This document shows positions 1 through 9,792 of a DNA stretch of 64,000 nt, in pieces (the first letter of the stretch is position 1; every line of letters begins with the position of its first letter). The stretch spans positions 50,401-114,400 of the forward strand of contig JBFWOR010000005.1 of the NCBI GenBank assembly GCA_050250435.1, read 5' to 3'. Below the pieces are notes generated by a model, which saw only the letters and a program-made list of their open reading frames with translations, was not told the origin of the DNA and searched no databases. This DNA is from Pirellulales bacterium. Lineage in GTDB: Bacteria; Planctomycetota; Planctomycetia; Pirellulales; PALSA-1355. The position numbers and the translations under genes were made by a program.

Positions 1-449
1 TCGCCTTGTCGCTCGTCGTCCGCCTGCGAGTCCTTGAAATGGTCGAGGGCCCAGAAGATGGGCAGCCAGCGATGTTCGTCGGGCGAGCCGACGCTGGCGA
101 TGTGCGCGGAATTGACGACCAGCACGGCGTGGAACTTGAAGCCCACGGGCCGCGGCTGAATGTTGCGGACGCCGGCCAACAGCAGCGCGGCCACGACGTC
201 GCGATAGCTCAGTCCGTGATGAATGCGCTCGGCCACGGCTTCCAGCAGCTTGTCGCGCGGCGTCTCCTCGAGCAGCCGCACCACCGGCTCGATGTCGGGA
301 TGCATCTGCACCCGGTTGGGATCGGGCGTGGCTTCCGCCGCCGACACGGGCCTAAGCCGGCCCAGGAAATCCAGGTCGGCCAAACCGGCCGCGGCCCCCA
401 CGGTTGCCGCCTGCCGCAAGAATCGTCTGCGCGAAGTGTTCTCGAACAT
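1..449 (-). CDS. Tat-signal hypothetical protein (5' part only, runs off window start)
   Basis: Manual translation from ATG at 449: MFENTSRRRFLRQAATVGAAAGLADL...NIQPRPVGFKFHAVLVVNSAH...WLPIFWALDHFK, open to position 1. Twin-arginine SRRRFL motif and GGAGG upstream. Not in the ORF track because it has no stop in the window. Confidence 0.85.
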   Translation of the reverse strand, partial: MFENTSRRRFLRQAATVGAAAGLADLDFLGRLRPVSAAEATPDPNRVQMHPDIEPVVRLLEETPRDKLLEAVAERIHHGLSYRDVVAALLLAGVRNIQPRPVGFKFHAVLVVNSAHIASVGSPDEHRWLPIFWALDHFKDSQADDERQG

Positions 450-729
450 GACGCCGCCCTCCTGATTCAAGTCGCGTGCCTGGAATGGGCCCCAACCGTG
501 CCTGTCCTCCGCTGGGCATTATATCGCCTTGCACACGGTGCTGCGCCGGCAGGCGGCCGCGCCCTTCGCCCAAGGTGCCACGGCCAGGCGAGCGCTGGAC
601 CCCGCTTTCGTCGAAACCGGGCCGTAACCTTGGGCCGAGACACTTGGACGCGCCGCGGACAAAAACTAAGATGTGTGCCAGCGTGCGGCAGGCGTTCACT
701 CAGCACATCACTTACTGGAGGGCCCGACA

Positions 730-1344
730 ATGGACCTTTCCGCAATCCCGGGTTTGTTCGTCATCGTGGCCGGCGTGGCGGTGGTGGCGTTGATTCTCGT
801 GATCTATGGCGTGGGCATCTATAACCGGCTGATCGGACTCAAGAACCGTTTTCAAAATGCTTACGCGCAGATCGACGTGCAGCTCAAACGCCGCTACGAT
901 CTGATCCCCAATCTCGTGGAGACGGCCAAAGGCTACATGAAGCACGAGCGCGAGACGCTGGAGGCGGTGATCAAGGCCCGCAACGCCGCCGTCTCGGCCG
1001 GGCAGCAAGCCGCCGCGAATCCTGGCAATCCGCAAGCCATGCAAGGGTTGGCCAGCGCCGAGTCGGCCCTGACCGGCGTGCTGACGCGCTTCATGGCCCT
1101 GGCCGAAGCGTATCCCGATTTGAAGGCCAACCAGAACATGCTGGCGCTGCAGGAAGAATTGACCAGCACGGAGAACAAGATCGCCTTCGCGCGGCAAGCC
1201 TACAACGACGCCGTGATGACCTACAACACGGCCCGCGAAGTTTTCCCGAACGTGATTGTGGCGAACTTTGCCAACTTCCCGCCGGCAGAGCTGTTCGAGG
1301 TGGTCGCGCCGGAGCAGCGCGAAACGGTTAAGGTTCAGTTCTAG
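730..1344 (+). CDS. lemA: LemA family protein
   Basis: N-terminal TM helix, YNRL, QIDVQLKRRYDLIPNLV, AEAYPDLKAN, STENKIAFARQAYND. GGAG SD before ATG 730. Confidence 0.95.
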   Translation: MDLSAIPGLFVIVAGVAVVALILVIYGVGIYNRLIGLKNRFQNAYAQIDVQLKRRYDLIPNLVETAKGYMKHERETLEAVIKARNAAVSAGQQAAANPGNPQAMQGLASAESALTGVLTRFMALAEAYPDLKANQNMLALQEELTSTENKIAFARQAYNDAVMTYNTAREVFPNVIVANFANFPPAELFEVVAPEQRETVKVQF

Positions 1345-1474
1345 GAGACACAGGCTGGAGGCCGAAGAGATGGCACAAGGCCATTTTTTTGCGCAGCCAA
1401 GTCTGCGGTCTGCGACCTTTGAAACTGCGGCCTTTGAATTGCAAGTCTCCCGCCTCCAGCCTCCGACCTCCAGG
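1344..1474. repeat. Intergenic heptamer/inverted-repeat element
   Basis: AGGCTGGAGGC (1352-1362) is inverted against GCCTCCAGCCT (1452-1462). Heptamers CCTCCAG/CCTCCGA/CCTCCAG and GTCTGCG x2. Direct repeat TGCGRCCTTTGAA at 1411 and 1426. Confidence 0.6.
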
Positions 1475-1486
1475 CTGCGTTCGCCC

Positions 1487-3427
1487 ATGGACTTTTTTGA
1501 GCATCAAGAGCGGGCACGACGCAAGACCGGGCTGTTGGTCGTGTACTTTCTGGTTGCCGTGGTGCTCATCATCCTGTCGGTCTATGCCGCCATCGCCGGA
1601 GTGCTGTTCTACTACGGCGAGGCGCCCTGGCATCCGCAGGTGTTCCTGACGGTCAGCGCGGCAACGCTGTTGGTGATCAGCGCGGGCACGCTCTACAAGC
1701 TGGTGGAGCTTACCGGCGGCGGCGAGATGGTGGCGCTCACGCTGGGCGGCCGGCCCGTGAACGCCAATACGCGCGACCTGCCGGAGCGCGTATTGCTTAA
1801 CGTGGTGGAGGAAATGGCCATCGCCAGCGGCACCCCCGTGCCGCCCGTTTACATCATGGATCACGAGCCGGCGATCAACGCGTTTGCCGCCGGCACCACG
1901 CCCCAGAATGCGGTGATCGGAGTGACGCGCGGCACGATCGAGTCCCTCAAGCGCGACGAGCTGCAAGGCGTGATCGCCCACGAGTTCAGCCACATACTCA
2001 ACGGCGACATGCGGCTCAACATTCGCCTGATTGCCATTCTCAACGGCATCCTGCTGATCGCGACGATCGGCTATATCCTGATGCGCAGCTCGAGCCAGTC
2101 GAGCTATTTCAGCAACGGTTCTCGCAAGAAAGGGGGCAATCCGCTGCCGCTCGTGGGACTGCTGCTGTACATCGTGGGCTATGTGGGCGTGTTTTTTGGG
2201 CACGTGATCAAAAGCGCCGTCTCGCGCCAGCGCGAATTCCTGGCCGACGCCTCGGCCGTGCAGTTCACGCGCTACCCGGAAGGCATCGGTGGCGCGCTGA
2301 AGAAGATTGGCGGGCTGGTGTACGGCTCGCGGCTGCGGTCGGACCGGGCCGAGGAGGCCAGCCACATGTATTTTGGCAACGGGCTGCGCGCGCCGTTTCT
2401 CGAATGGCTGGCCACGCATCCGCCCCTGGCCGAGCGTATCCGCCGCATCGAGCCCACGTTCGACGGCAGGTTTCCCGAAGTCGGGCCGGTGCACTTTAGC
2501 AAGGACGATCTGGTCGATCCGCACACGCTGGCCGCGCAGCGTGGCGCCGCTCCCAGCGCGCGTGCCGCGGCCGTGGCCGGCGCCAGCGCGTTCGCGCAGC
2601 ATCCGGCCGCAGCCATCCGGCAGGTGGGCGAGCTCGATCGCGAGCATCTGGCCTACGCGACTGCGGTGGTGGAATCGCTGCCCTTGGAAATAGCAAGCGG
2701 CGTGCGCGATCCGCTGGGCGCCGTGGCGATTGTCTATGCGTTACTCCTCGACCCTGAGGAAAACGAAGTGCGGCGCAAGCAGCTGGACTACCTGGCCGGG
2801 CATGCCGACCGGCCGGCGGACGCCGAAACGCGCCGCATCGTGCCGTACGTGCAACAGGTTGGCGCGGAGATGAAATTGCCGCTGGTGGCCAAGGCGCTGC
2901 CGGCGCTGGTGGCGCTCTCGCCGCGCCAGCGGAAGGCATTTGCCGAAATCGTGGTGCAGTTGATCAAGGCCGATCAAAGAGTCAGCCTGTTCGAGTATGC
3001 CGTGCATCGACTGATCCTCACCCGCCTCGTCGGCCGCTTGACACACAAAACCACCGGTAGCGGCACGCGGCCGACGATGGGCACGCTGGCGCCTGCCGTC
3101 AGTGGCTTGTTGTCGACGTTGGCGCAATGGGGCTCTGCCGACAGCGATTTGGCGCAGCGGGCCTTTGCCGCGGGCGTGGGCACGCTGCCGCGCCACGGGG
3201 CCGATATTTCGCTCTGGCCGCGCGAGCGCTGCGGCCTGACCGTGCTCGACGAGGCGCTCGATCGGCTGGTCGATGCAACGCCCAACGTCAAGAAGTCTGT
3301 CCTGGAAGCATGTGCCGCCTGCATAGCCGCCGACGGCAAGGCCACCGTCGAGGAGGCCGAGCTGTTGCGCGTTATTTCTGATGCACTGGATTGCCCCATG
3401 CCCCCGTTGGTGGGACAGGCCGCTTAG
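1487..3427 (+). CDS. M48 (HtpX-like) membrane zinc metallopeptidase with C-terminal TerB-like helical region
   Basis: MDFFEHQERARRKT start, INAFAAG, HEFSH zinc motif, SRQREFLADA, THPP. C-terminal ADQRVSLFE and ADGKATVEE motifs. Classic lemA neighbour. Confidence 0.92.
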   Translation: MDFFEHQERARRKTGLLVVYFLVAVVLIILSVYAAIAGVLFYYGEAPWHPQVFLTVSAATLLVISAGTLYKLVELTGGGEMVALTLGGRPVNANTRDLPERVLLNVVEEMAIASGTPVPPVYIMDHEPAINAFAAGTTPQNAVIGVTRGTIESLKRDELQGVIAHEFSHILNGDMRLNIRLIAILNGILLIATIGYILMRSSSQSSYFSNGSRKKGGNPLPLVGLLLYIVGYVGVFFGHVIKSAVSRQREFLADASAVQFTRYPEGIGGALKKIGGLVYGSRLRSDRAEEASHMYFGNGLRAPFLEWLATHPPLAERIRRIEPTFDGRFPEVGPVHFSKDDLVDPHTLAAQRGAAPSARAAAVAGASAFAQHPAAAIRQVGELDREHLAYATAVVESLPLEIASGVRDPLGAVAIVYALLLDPEENEVRRKQLDYLAGHADRPADAETRRIVPYVQQVGAEMKLPLVAKALPALVALSPRQRKAFAEIVVQLIKADQRVSLFEYAVHRLILTRLVGRLTHKTTGSGTRPTMGTLAPAVSGLLSTLAQWGSADSDLAQRAFAAGVGTLPRHGADISLWPRERCGLTVLDEALDRLVDATPNVKKSVLEACAACIAADGKATVEEAELLRVISDALDCPMPPLVGQAA

Positions 3428-3476
3428 TAACGCCGACAACTCCAAAGTGCCGAGAAGACTCCCCACCGAGAACGCG

Positions 3477-3806
3477 ATGGTCTACAGCAAATCACTGGTG
3501 GCACGCATCAAGGACGCGTTGGCTGGTCGCCGCGGCGTGGTCGACAAAAAGATGTTCGGCGGCGTCGGCTTCCTGCTGCACGGCAATATGCTGGTGGGGG
3601 TGTGGGAGCATTCGCTGATCGCGCGGCTCGGACCTGAGCAAGGAGCCGCCGCTCTCGATGAGCCGCACGTCCGCGCGTTCGACGTCACCGGCCGGCCGAT
3701 GAAAGGCTGGGTGATGATCGATCCCGACGGAATCGATAGCGACGCTCAACTGCGGGCCTGGATTGAGCGGGCGATGGAGTTTGTGGTCACGCTGCCGGCC
3801 AAGTGA
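3477..3806 (+). CDS. TfoX/Sxy N-terminal domain protein
   Basis: KKMFGGVGFLLHGNMLVGV, TGRPMKGWV, LRAWIERA motifs. Confidence 0.88.
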   Translation: MVYSKSLVARIKDALAGRRGVVDKKMFGGVGFLLHGNMLVGVWEHSLIARLGPEQGAAALDEPHVRAFDVTGRPMKGWVMIDPDGIDSDAQLRAWIERAMEFVVTLPAK

Positions 3807-3859
3807 ATGGCACGCAGCTGAACTCGCCAGAGTTCAGGGCACGGCGCCTGAATCGGCAC

Positions 3860-3952
3860 AGGCTCGGCAGGAGCCTCGCCCTCCCGGAAAGGCCAGCATG
3901 GCATTTGAGAAGCCCTCGCTGGCGCGTCGGGCTAGTGTCGAGGCGCGTCGGG
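3860..3952. repeat. Two adjacent REP-like palindromic units between convergent genes
   Basis: AGGCTC-GGCAG-GAGCCT hairpin followed by CGCCCTCCC (3860-3885). CCCTCGCTGGCGCGTCGGGCTAGTGT at 3913-3938, with a partial repeat GGCGCGTCGGG at 3942-3952. Confidence 0.55.
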
Positions 3953-3954
3953 GC

Positions 3955-5193
3955 TTACAGCACTTCGCCGCCGCGGCCTTGCTGAATGAGCGGCACGTAC
4001 GTCTCCAGCTCGCGGGCCGTGGCCGGATCGGTCAGGTCGACCGTGGCACGACGCTCCGCCGACATGTAGGCCGCCATGGTGAGCCGCACAATCTCGACGC
4101 CGTAGTGCCAATCGAGCAACGGCGCGCGGCCGGTGGAGAATGCCGCCACGGCGTCATCGTTCTCGTCGGTGTAGCCGTAGAGATCGGCCTCGTTGCTCTG
4201 GATGGCCAATAGTCCGCGGCTGGCTTGAGATTTCTCGAGCGCCAGTTCCGTGTCGGCAGCCGCCGCGGCGGCCACGTCGCCGATGAAAATCTCCAGCGGC
4301 GAGCGCAGCGTGTTCATTTCGAAGGCATAGCCCGGGCCGATGCCGTCGAGCGCCAGCCGCAAGCCTTGTTTGTCGTACATCCAGGAGACCGAGAACTGCG
4401 CTTTTACGCGCTGGCCGGTTTCCGGGTTCTTGAAGGTCACCATGCCGGTGGCGAAGTCCTCGGCCGGCGTGCGGCTGTAGTCGACTCCGTGCGTGTCGAG
4501 CAAGTGCTTGCGCCATCGCGGCTGACCCCACTTGAGCAGCGACAGGTCGGCCATGACGCTTTGCGGTTCGAGAAACCGCGCGCCCTTGCCCGGCGGCGTC
4601 AAGGCATACCAGCCCACGGCCAGGCAATGACAGCCCATGTCGCTCATCACACCGCCTCCTTGTTGCACGGGATCCCAAAACCAGGGATTGTGGGGCCCGG
4701 CGTGTTCTTCGGACGACCGCGCCAACAGCGGCGCCCCCATGGCGGCCATGATCGGCGTGAGCTGGGCCCGATGCGCCTGGATCGACTTCATGTGCAGCTG
4801 GTTTTCGAAATAGGCGTGCGGCAGCCGGGCTTCCTCCACGCATTGCACCACGCGCCGCGCCTCGGCCAGGTTGCGGGCCAGCGGCTTCTCACAGATTACG
4901 CCCTTGAGTTCCGCACCGGCTTTCACGGCGTCGACAATCTCCTCGACCATTGCCACGCGGGCGTAGTTGGGAGCGAACAGGGCGATCACGTCGACGTGCG
5001 GCGCCATCTCCTTGATCGAGCCAAAAATCCGCCCCTCCCCCAGGCCGTTCTCGCGCACATAGGCCGACAGTTGCTCGGGCCGACGGCGCGACGTGAGCCC
5101 GGCCACTTCCAAGCCGCGCACCTGCCGCATGGCACGCAGTTGAAAAGCCGTGATGAAGCCGCCGCCCACGATGCCGAATCGCAATGGTTTCAT
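3955..5193 (-). CDS. Gfo/Idh/MocA family NAD(P)-dependent oxidoreductase
   Basis: FGIVGGGFI Rossmann motif, ICEKPLA, WFWDP..GGGVMSDMGCH. Confidence 0.92.
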   Translation of the reverse strand: MKPLRFGIVGGGFITAFQLRAMRQVRGLEVAGLTSRRRPEQLSAYVRENGLGEGRIFGSIKEMAPHVDVIALFAPNYARVAMVEEIVDAVKAGAELKGVICEKPLARNLAEARRVVQCVEEARLPHAYFENQLHMKSIQAHRAQLTPIMAAMGAPLLARSSEEHAGPHNPWFWDPVQQGGGVMSDMGCHCLAVGWYALTPPGKGARFLEPQSVMADLSLLKWGQPRWRKHLLDTHGVDYSRTPAEDFATGMVTFKNPETGQRVKAQFSVSWMYDKQGLRLALDGIGPGYAFEMNTLRSPLEIFIGDVAAAAAADTELALEKSQASRGLLAIQSNEADLYGYTDENDDAVAAFSTGRAPLLDWHYGVEIVRLTMAAYMSAERRATVDLTDPATARELETYVPLIQQGRGGEVL

Positions 5194-5546
5194 GGCACTT
5201 CCGCTTCCGGATCGATCTTCGTACGGTTGGCCCGGCAAGGCGGGCAGGTTCTGAATGTCAGAGAAAGTTTGCGGACAGAAAACCGCGCAAGCTCGCGTTG
5301 GCTCGGGGTTTTTTGCCGCGGTCGACCATTAGACCGTGCCATCATGGGGCTAGCAAGCAGCCGCCGATGCATCGCGCCAGCAGTGCGCGCAGCGGGCTTC
5401 TTGCAACATGTCGTGCACGTCAAGCCATCGGCCAGCCGATCACGTTAGTAACCGCAGTAGTTTCGCCTTCCTCGTTGCGCCCGCGCATCATTCGCGCGGA
5501 GGCCCTGCCGCCACAGCCGCGCTGCCAGCATGGAGCACCCACTCAC

Positions 5547-6503
5547 ATGACCTTGCACTCCTTTCAATCGATGAGCCGCCTGCTGGGCCGGCTTTGCACC
5601 ATCGCACTGGTTGCCGGTTTGTTCGCCGCCAGCGCGGTCGGCGACGAAGGACCGATTTTGCCGGGACTCGAGGAAGTGGCGCCCGAAAGCGACGTTGCCG
5701 CGCCGCGCAGCACGGAGCCTGAAGAGACGATCTCCGCGCCGCCCGCTGCCGAACCCGAACGTGAGCCACCCGCTTTGGAGATAACTGAGGAGCCGAGCCG
5801 TTCGCCGGCCCGGGCGATCGAGGCCGCGCAGCCACCGATCGTTCTCGACAGTCCCGCCAACTCCGACCGCCCGAGGGAGCAGGCGACGCAGCGCCGCTCG
5901 TCGACCCCGCCGTCGTCCGCTGCCGATCCCCGGGCCGAGCAACAGCGGCAGGCCCTGGAGCGCTATCGCGCCTTGAAACAACAACAGCAATTGCAACAGC
6001 AGCAGAAGTTGCGTCAGCAAACGCCGGCGACCTCGCAGAACTCGCAAGCCGCGGAGCGCTATCGCCAATGGCAGCAGAGTCAGCGAGCGCTGTCGAATCC
6101 CCCGGCGCAAGGTCGCTACGGATCGCAACCGCGAACGCAGTCGACACAGCCCGCCCAGCAAGGCAACGACATGAGCCCCCAGCGCATCTGGAGCAATCCG
6201 CCGCGCGCTGGGCGCAGCGCCGCGCCTGCTAACGGCAACCCTGCGGCGCCCCGCGCGCAATCGAATTTGAGCAGCCCGGCCTGGAACGAAGGCTATGAGG
6301 CAGCGCGGATCGCGGGACCGGCGAAGAGCCGGCCGCCGGCGAATGTCCCGCAGTACGCTCCGAAGGCACCGTCGCTACGGCGGTCGAGCGCCGCGCCGCG
6401 TAGCGCGCAGCCACCCTCCGGCGGAACGGCCCGGCCGCGCACGAGCCAGGTGCCGCCAAGTCGGGCGGGCCAACTCTTTGGCGGCGGCAACCCGCGCCGC
6501 TAA
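5547..6503 (+). CDS. Secreted low-complexity Pro/Gln/Ala/Arg-rich hypothetical protein
   Basis: Signal-peptide-like LCTIALVAGLFAASAVG, acidic then poly-Q then basic disordered segments. Start is 5547 or 5571. Confidence 0.6.
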   Translation: MTLHSFQSMSRLLGRLCTIALVAGLFAASAVGDEGPILPGLEEVAPESDVAAPRSTEPEETISAPPAAEPEREPPALEITEEPSRSPARAIEAAQPPIVLDSPANSDRPREQATQRRSSTPPSSAADPRAEQQRQALERYRALKQQQQLQQQQKLRQQTPATSQNSQAAERYRQWQQSQRALSNPPAQGRYGSQPRTQSTQPAQQGNDMSPQRIWSNPPRAGRSAAPANGNPAAPRAQSNLSSPAWNEGYEAARIAGPAKSRPPANVPQYAPKAPSLRRSSAAPRSAQPPSGGTARPRTSQVPPSRAGQLFGGGNPRR

Positions 6504-6643
6504 TTTCGCCCGGCGGCGCAGGCAATCGTCGCGGCGTGAACGGCTTTTCCAGCAGTGCAAGGTTGCAAATAAGCGGACAGGCCGCCAATGGCACCCTGCA
6601 TTTACGGCGAGTGAGGTTTCAAACTGCCCACAGGCACTCGCCA

Positions 6644-8050
6644 CTACTCGGGCAGATCCTCGTGCGCCGGCTCGGGCAGCCAGAAGCTTGAAATCGTGCC
6701 GGCGAGGTACACGAATAGCGCCACGCCCGCAGCCGTGTAGGCGACGCGCGTGGGGGGCGGCAGATCTTTCATGAGCGTGCTGGCCGCGATCGTGTTCGTG
6801 ACCCAGGCGAATGATGTGCCGATCATGCGGCCGCCGATATTGGCGGCGAAACCTTCGCCCGTGCCGCGCAGGTGCACCGGGTACACGCGCGGCAGATAGT
6901 TGCCCCAAAAACTGAACTGCGCCACGGTGAACAATCCGGCCAGGAAGATGCCCGCGGATAGCGCGGTCAGGCTCAACTGCATGGCCAAGAAAAACACGAG
7001 CGGCACGACCACCAGGCCGGGCACCTGAAACACTCGCAGCAGCTTGCGGCGGCTGAGAATGCGCACGGCCAGCACGGCCAGCAAAAACCGGCCCACCAGG
7101 CCGCCGGTCTCTTGAATCGTGGTCACGCGGGCCACGTTTTGCTGCTCGATTTTCTTTTTCTCCGGCGCCGGCTTGCCTGCGGTCTGGACTTTCACATCGG
7201 AGACCCCCGGTATGATCTGCGGGAGCTGCTGAATGGCGCCGAATGCCGCGCCATAGCTGCACGCGAACATGATGGTGGTGACGATGGTGGTCTGCCGCAG
7301 CCCGGGCGCGAACAGTTCGAACACGCTGGGGCGTCGCAGTGTGCCGGCGGCGCGCTTTTCGGCCCAGACGGGCGACTCGGGCAGGAACGGGCGGATCACG
7401 ATCAGCGGAAGGGCGGGAATGAGGCCCGACATCAGCGTGTAGCGCCACGGCGCATGCGGATTGCTGATTTGTCCGCCGAGGAACGACGCCCATTCAGGCA
7501 ACACGATTGCCGGGAGCTGGTCGGCATAGGTGGTGCAGAACCAATAAGCCAAAGCGACCATGAAGCCGCCCAGCGACGAAAAGGCCTGGGTGTAGCCCAG
7601 CACGCGCTCGCGCTGCTTGGGATCGGAGAACAGCTCGGCCAGCCAGGCCACGGCCGCCACGAACTCCACGCACACGCCCACGAACGTCGTGCTGCGCAAA
7701 ATAAGGAGCATCTCGATCGACGTGGAATAACCGGCGCCGAACGCGGAGAAGGCGTATAGCAGGATCGACCAGGTGAGCACGCGCCGGCGACCCAACCGGT
7801 CGGTGAGATAACCGCCCAAGAGGCCGAAGATGCCGCCCGCAAAGGCCGGCACATAGAACAGCCGGCCGACCCACATGTGGAACTCGGGCGTGCCCGGCTT
7901 GGCTCCCGTCAAATCGGCGATCGCCGGCGGCAGCACCACCTGAGCCATGAGCAACTCGTAGATATCGAAGGCAAAGCCGATGGCCGCTAAAACGACCACC
8001 AGCCATTGAGTCGCGGTCATCCGCGGGGACGCGTTGGGCAGAGAGCTCAT
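6644..8050 (-). CDS. MFS transporter
   Basis: FAFDIYE in TM1, motif A GGYLTDRLGRRRVL, PESP, YPVHLRGTG, about 12 TM segments. Confidence 0.95.
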   Translation of the reverse strand: MSSLPNASPRMTATQWLVVVLAAIGFAFDIYELLMAQVVLPPAIADLTGAKPGTPEFHMWVGRLFYVPAFAGGIFGLLGGYLTDRLGRRRVLTWSILLYAFSAFGAGYSTSIEMLLILRSTTFVGVCVEFVAAVAWLAELFSDPKQRERVLGYTQAFSSLGGFMVALAYWFCTTYADQLPAIVLPEWASFLGGQISNPHAPWRYTLMSGLIPALPLIVIRPFLPESPVWAEKRAAGTLRRPSVFELFAPGLRQTTIVTTIMFACSYGAAFGAIQQLPQIIPGVSDVKVQTAGKPAPEKKKIEQQNVARVTTIQETGGLVGRFLLAVLAVRILSRRKLLRVFQVPGLVVVPLVFFLAMQLSLTALSAGIFLAGLFTVAQFSFWGNYLPRVYPVHLRGTGEGFAANIGGRMIGTSFAWVTNTIAASTLMKDLPPPTRVAYTAAGVALFVYLAGTISSFWLPEPAHEDLPE

Positions 8051-8156
8051 GCGGAGTATGCTTTCGCGGGGAGAATGGTCTGGCTTCGGCTGGCGGAAAG
8101 GGTCGGCCCAACTCGAGCCGCGGCGGGTGTAAATTGGCTGACAACAGCCGGTTTGG

Positions 8157-8186
8157 ATGATAGTGCACGGACCTCGGCGGTGACAA
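8157..8186 (-). promoter_or_regulatory. Putative sigma70 promoter of MFS gene
   Basis: Minus strand TTGTCA-N18-TATCAT. Confidence 0.45.
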
Positions 8187-8224
8187 GCGCCAGGGACTGC
8201 ACGGGCGGAAAAACCCCGGCCCTG

Positions 8225-9565
8225 CTAGTTGTCCACGCGACGATACACGCCGAGGTTTTGTTCGGCCAGCGTTTTCAAGAACACGTCGAGCGGGCTGCCG
8301 GGAAAGCCGGCGCCAATGCCGATCGTGTAGACGCTGACGCGGCGCAGCCGATTGGCGGTCGTGATGGCGGTGACGATATCGGCCGGGGCCACGATCTTGC
8401 CGATCGTCGGCGCGCCGTCGGAGAGAAAATAGATCGCCTCGGTGTCGAACGCCATGGCCGTTTCCAGCGCGTCGTAAGAGGCGGTCGAGGCCGAGGCACC
8501 CTGGCGATTGACGCTGGCGATGGCAGCGCGCTTGTTCTGCTCGTTGGCCGGGACGAGCTGCCGCTGCCACACGTCGATGCGGCTGTTGAAAGCAACGACT
8601 GTGAATTGCACGTAGTCGGGCAGCGCGGTGATCGCCTTGGTCAGTTCGCGCTTGGCGGCCTCGATGCGCGGGCCTTCCATGCTGCCCGAGGTATCCAGCA
8701 CGAACACCAGGCGTTCGGCAAAGATGGGCATGCCGTAGTAATAGCCCGACGAGCCCTCGGTCAGCGTGCCGCGGTAGGGGGCGCGCTTGGTCACGGCCGG
8801 ATACTTGTACGTGGCCTTGGCCGTTCTCCACCAGCGTTGCCAGGCGCCCGATTCCAGGCCGAAGATTTGCTCGGTGAGCTGGGTGAGATACTCCACGGCA
8901 TCGGCCCGGGCCTCGCCGCCGACCCGATCCAGATTGCCGATCAATACGTCCACGGCTTCCTTGCTGGGGATTTGCGTGAGCGCGTAGACCAGCGTGCGGC
9001 GGACGCCGGCATGGTTCTCGAACACGCTGGTCTCCGTCAGTCGAGCCAGCGCGGGAACATCGTCGTTCGAGCGGCGCGTGGCAATTTCGTCCAACACGGC
9101 AATGGCCACGGCCGCGCCGTCGGCCGTGCCGGCGGAACCCGCCAACAGATCGTCCACGGCGCGCCGCGTGCTTTGCAACTTCGACGACAGCAGGATGGAC
9201 AACACGGCCGCGCTGGCGGTTGAGCCGTCTTTGCTGCGCGCTTCGCGCTTGGTCATGGCCAACAGCGTTTCGCAGACTTCCAGGTTGCCGTTCATCTCCG
9301 CGAGCGACTCGCGGGCAAACTTGCTCACTTCGGGCGAGGGATCCTCGAGGGCGCCGGCGATCAGCCGCACCGCGTCCTCCAGCGGAAACTTCTGCAAGCG
9401 CTTGAGGGCCTCGATGCGGTCGGCCGTTTCCTTGCTCTTTAGCAGCGGCAAAACTTCCTTGCGCGTCTGGCGAAACTGCTCGATGCGGTCGCCGGACGAT
9501 GCCGGGGCGGCGCAGACCGCGACCACCAGCGAAACCGTCCACAGAATGAACCATCGCGAGCGCAC
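8225..9565 (-). CDS. Exported HEAT-repeat + VWA domain protein
   Basis: GTG start after GGAGG, signal peptide, HEAT-like LEDPSPEVSKFARESL, MIDAS FVLDTSGSM, IYFLSDGAPT. Confidence 0.88.
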   Translation of the reverse strand: MRSRWFILWTVSLVVAVCAAPASSGDRIEQFRQTRKEVLPLLKSKETADRIEALKRLQKFPLEDAVRLIAGALEDPSPEVSKFARESLAEMNGNLEVCETLLAMTKREARSKDGSTASAAVLSILLSSKLQSTRRAVDDLLAGSAGTADGAAVAIAVLDEIATRRSNDDVPALARLTETSVFENHAGVRRTLVYALTQIPSKEAVDVLIGNLDRVGGEARADAVEYLTQLTEQIFGLESGAWQRWWRTAKATYKYPAVTKRAPYRGTLTEGSSGYYYGMPIFAERLVFVLDTSGSMEGPRIEAAKRELTKAITALPDYVQFTVVAFNSRIDVWQRQLVPANEQNKRAAIASVNRQGASASTASYDALETAMAFDTEAIYFLSDGAPTIGKIVAPADIVTAITTANRLRRVSVYTIGIGAGFPGSPLDVFLKTLAEQNLGVYRRVDN

Positions 9566-9792
9566 CCGAACGCCTCCTCCATGGCAAGAGTTGGTGGCAA
9601 ACTCCCGCCCAGAAATGCCCTTCTGCATTCTCACGACGGGGTGTGCCCTGTGTCAACTGACGGCCAGGGCGAATGGCTTTCCGTTCGCGGGTTCCCGACC
9701 GCGCTTGCGGTCGGTCGGGCCGCGTGGTTAGATCCATCCCGTCAGCCCACGGCGGTGCTGTGCGATGATTTTCGGACCCAACAGGCAACACG

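Noticed and set aside
6-824. 272-aa plus-strand ORF in the track
   Set aside because: Antisense shadow of the Tat-signal gene on the minus strand (449 to <1), and it overlaps lemA.
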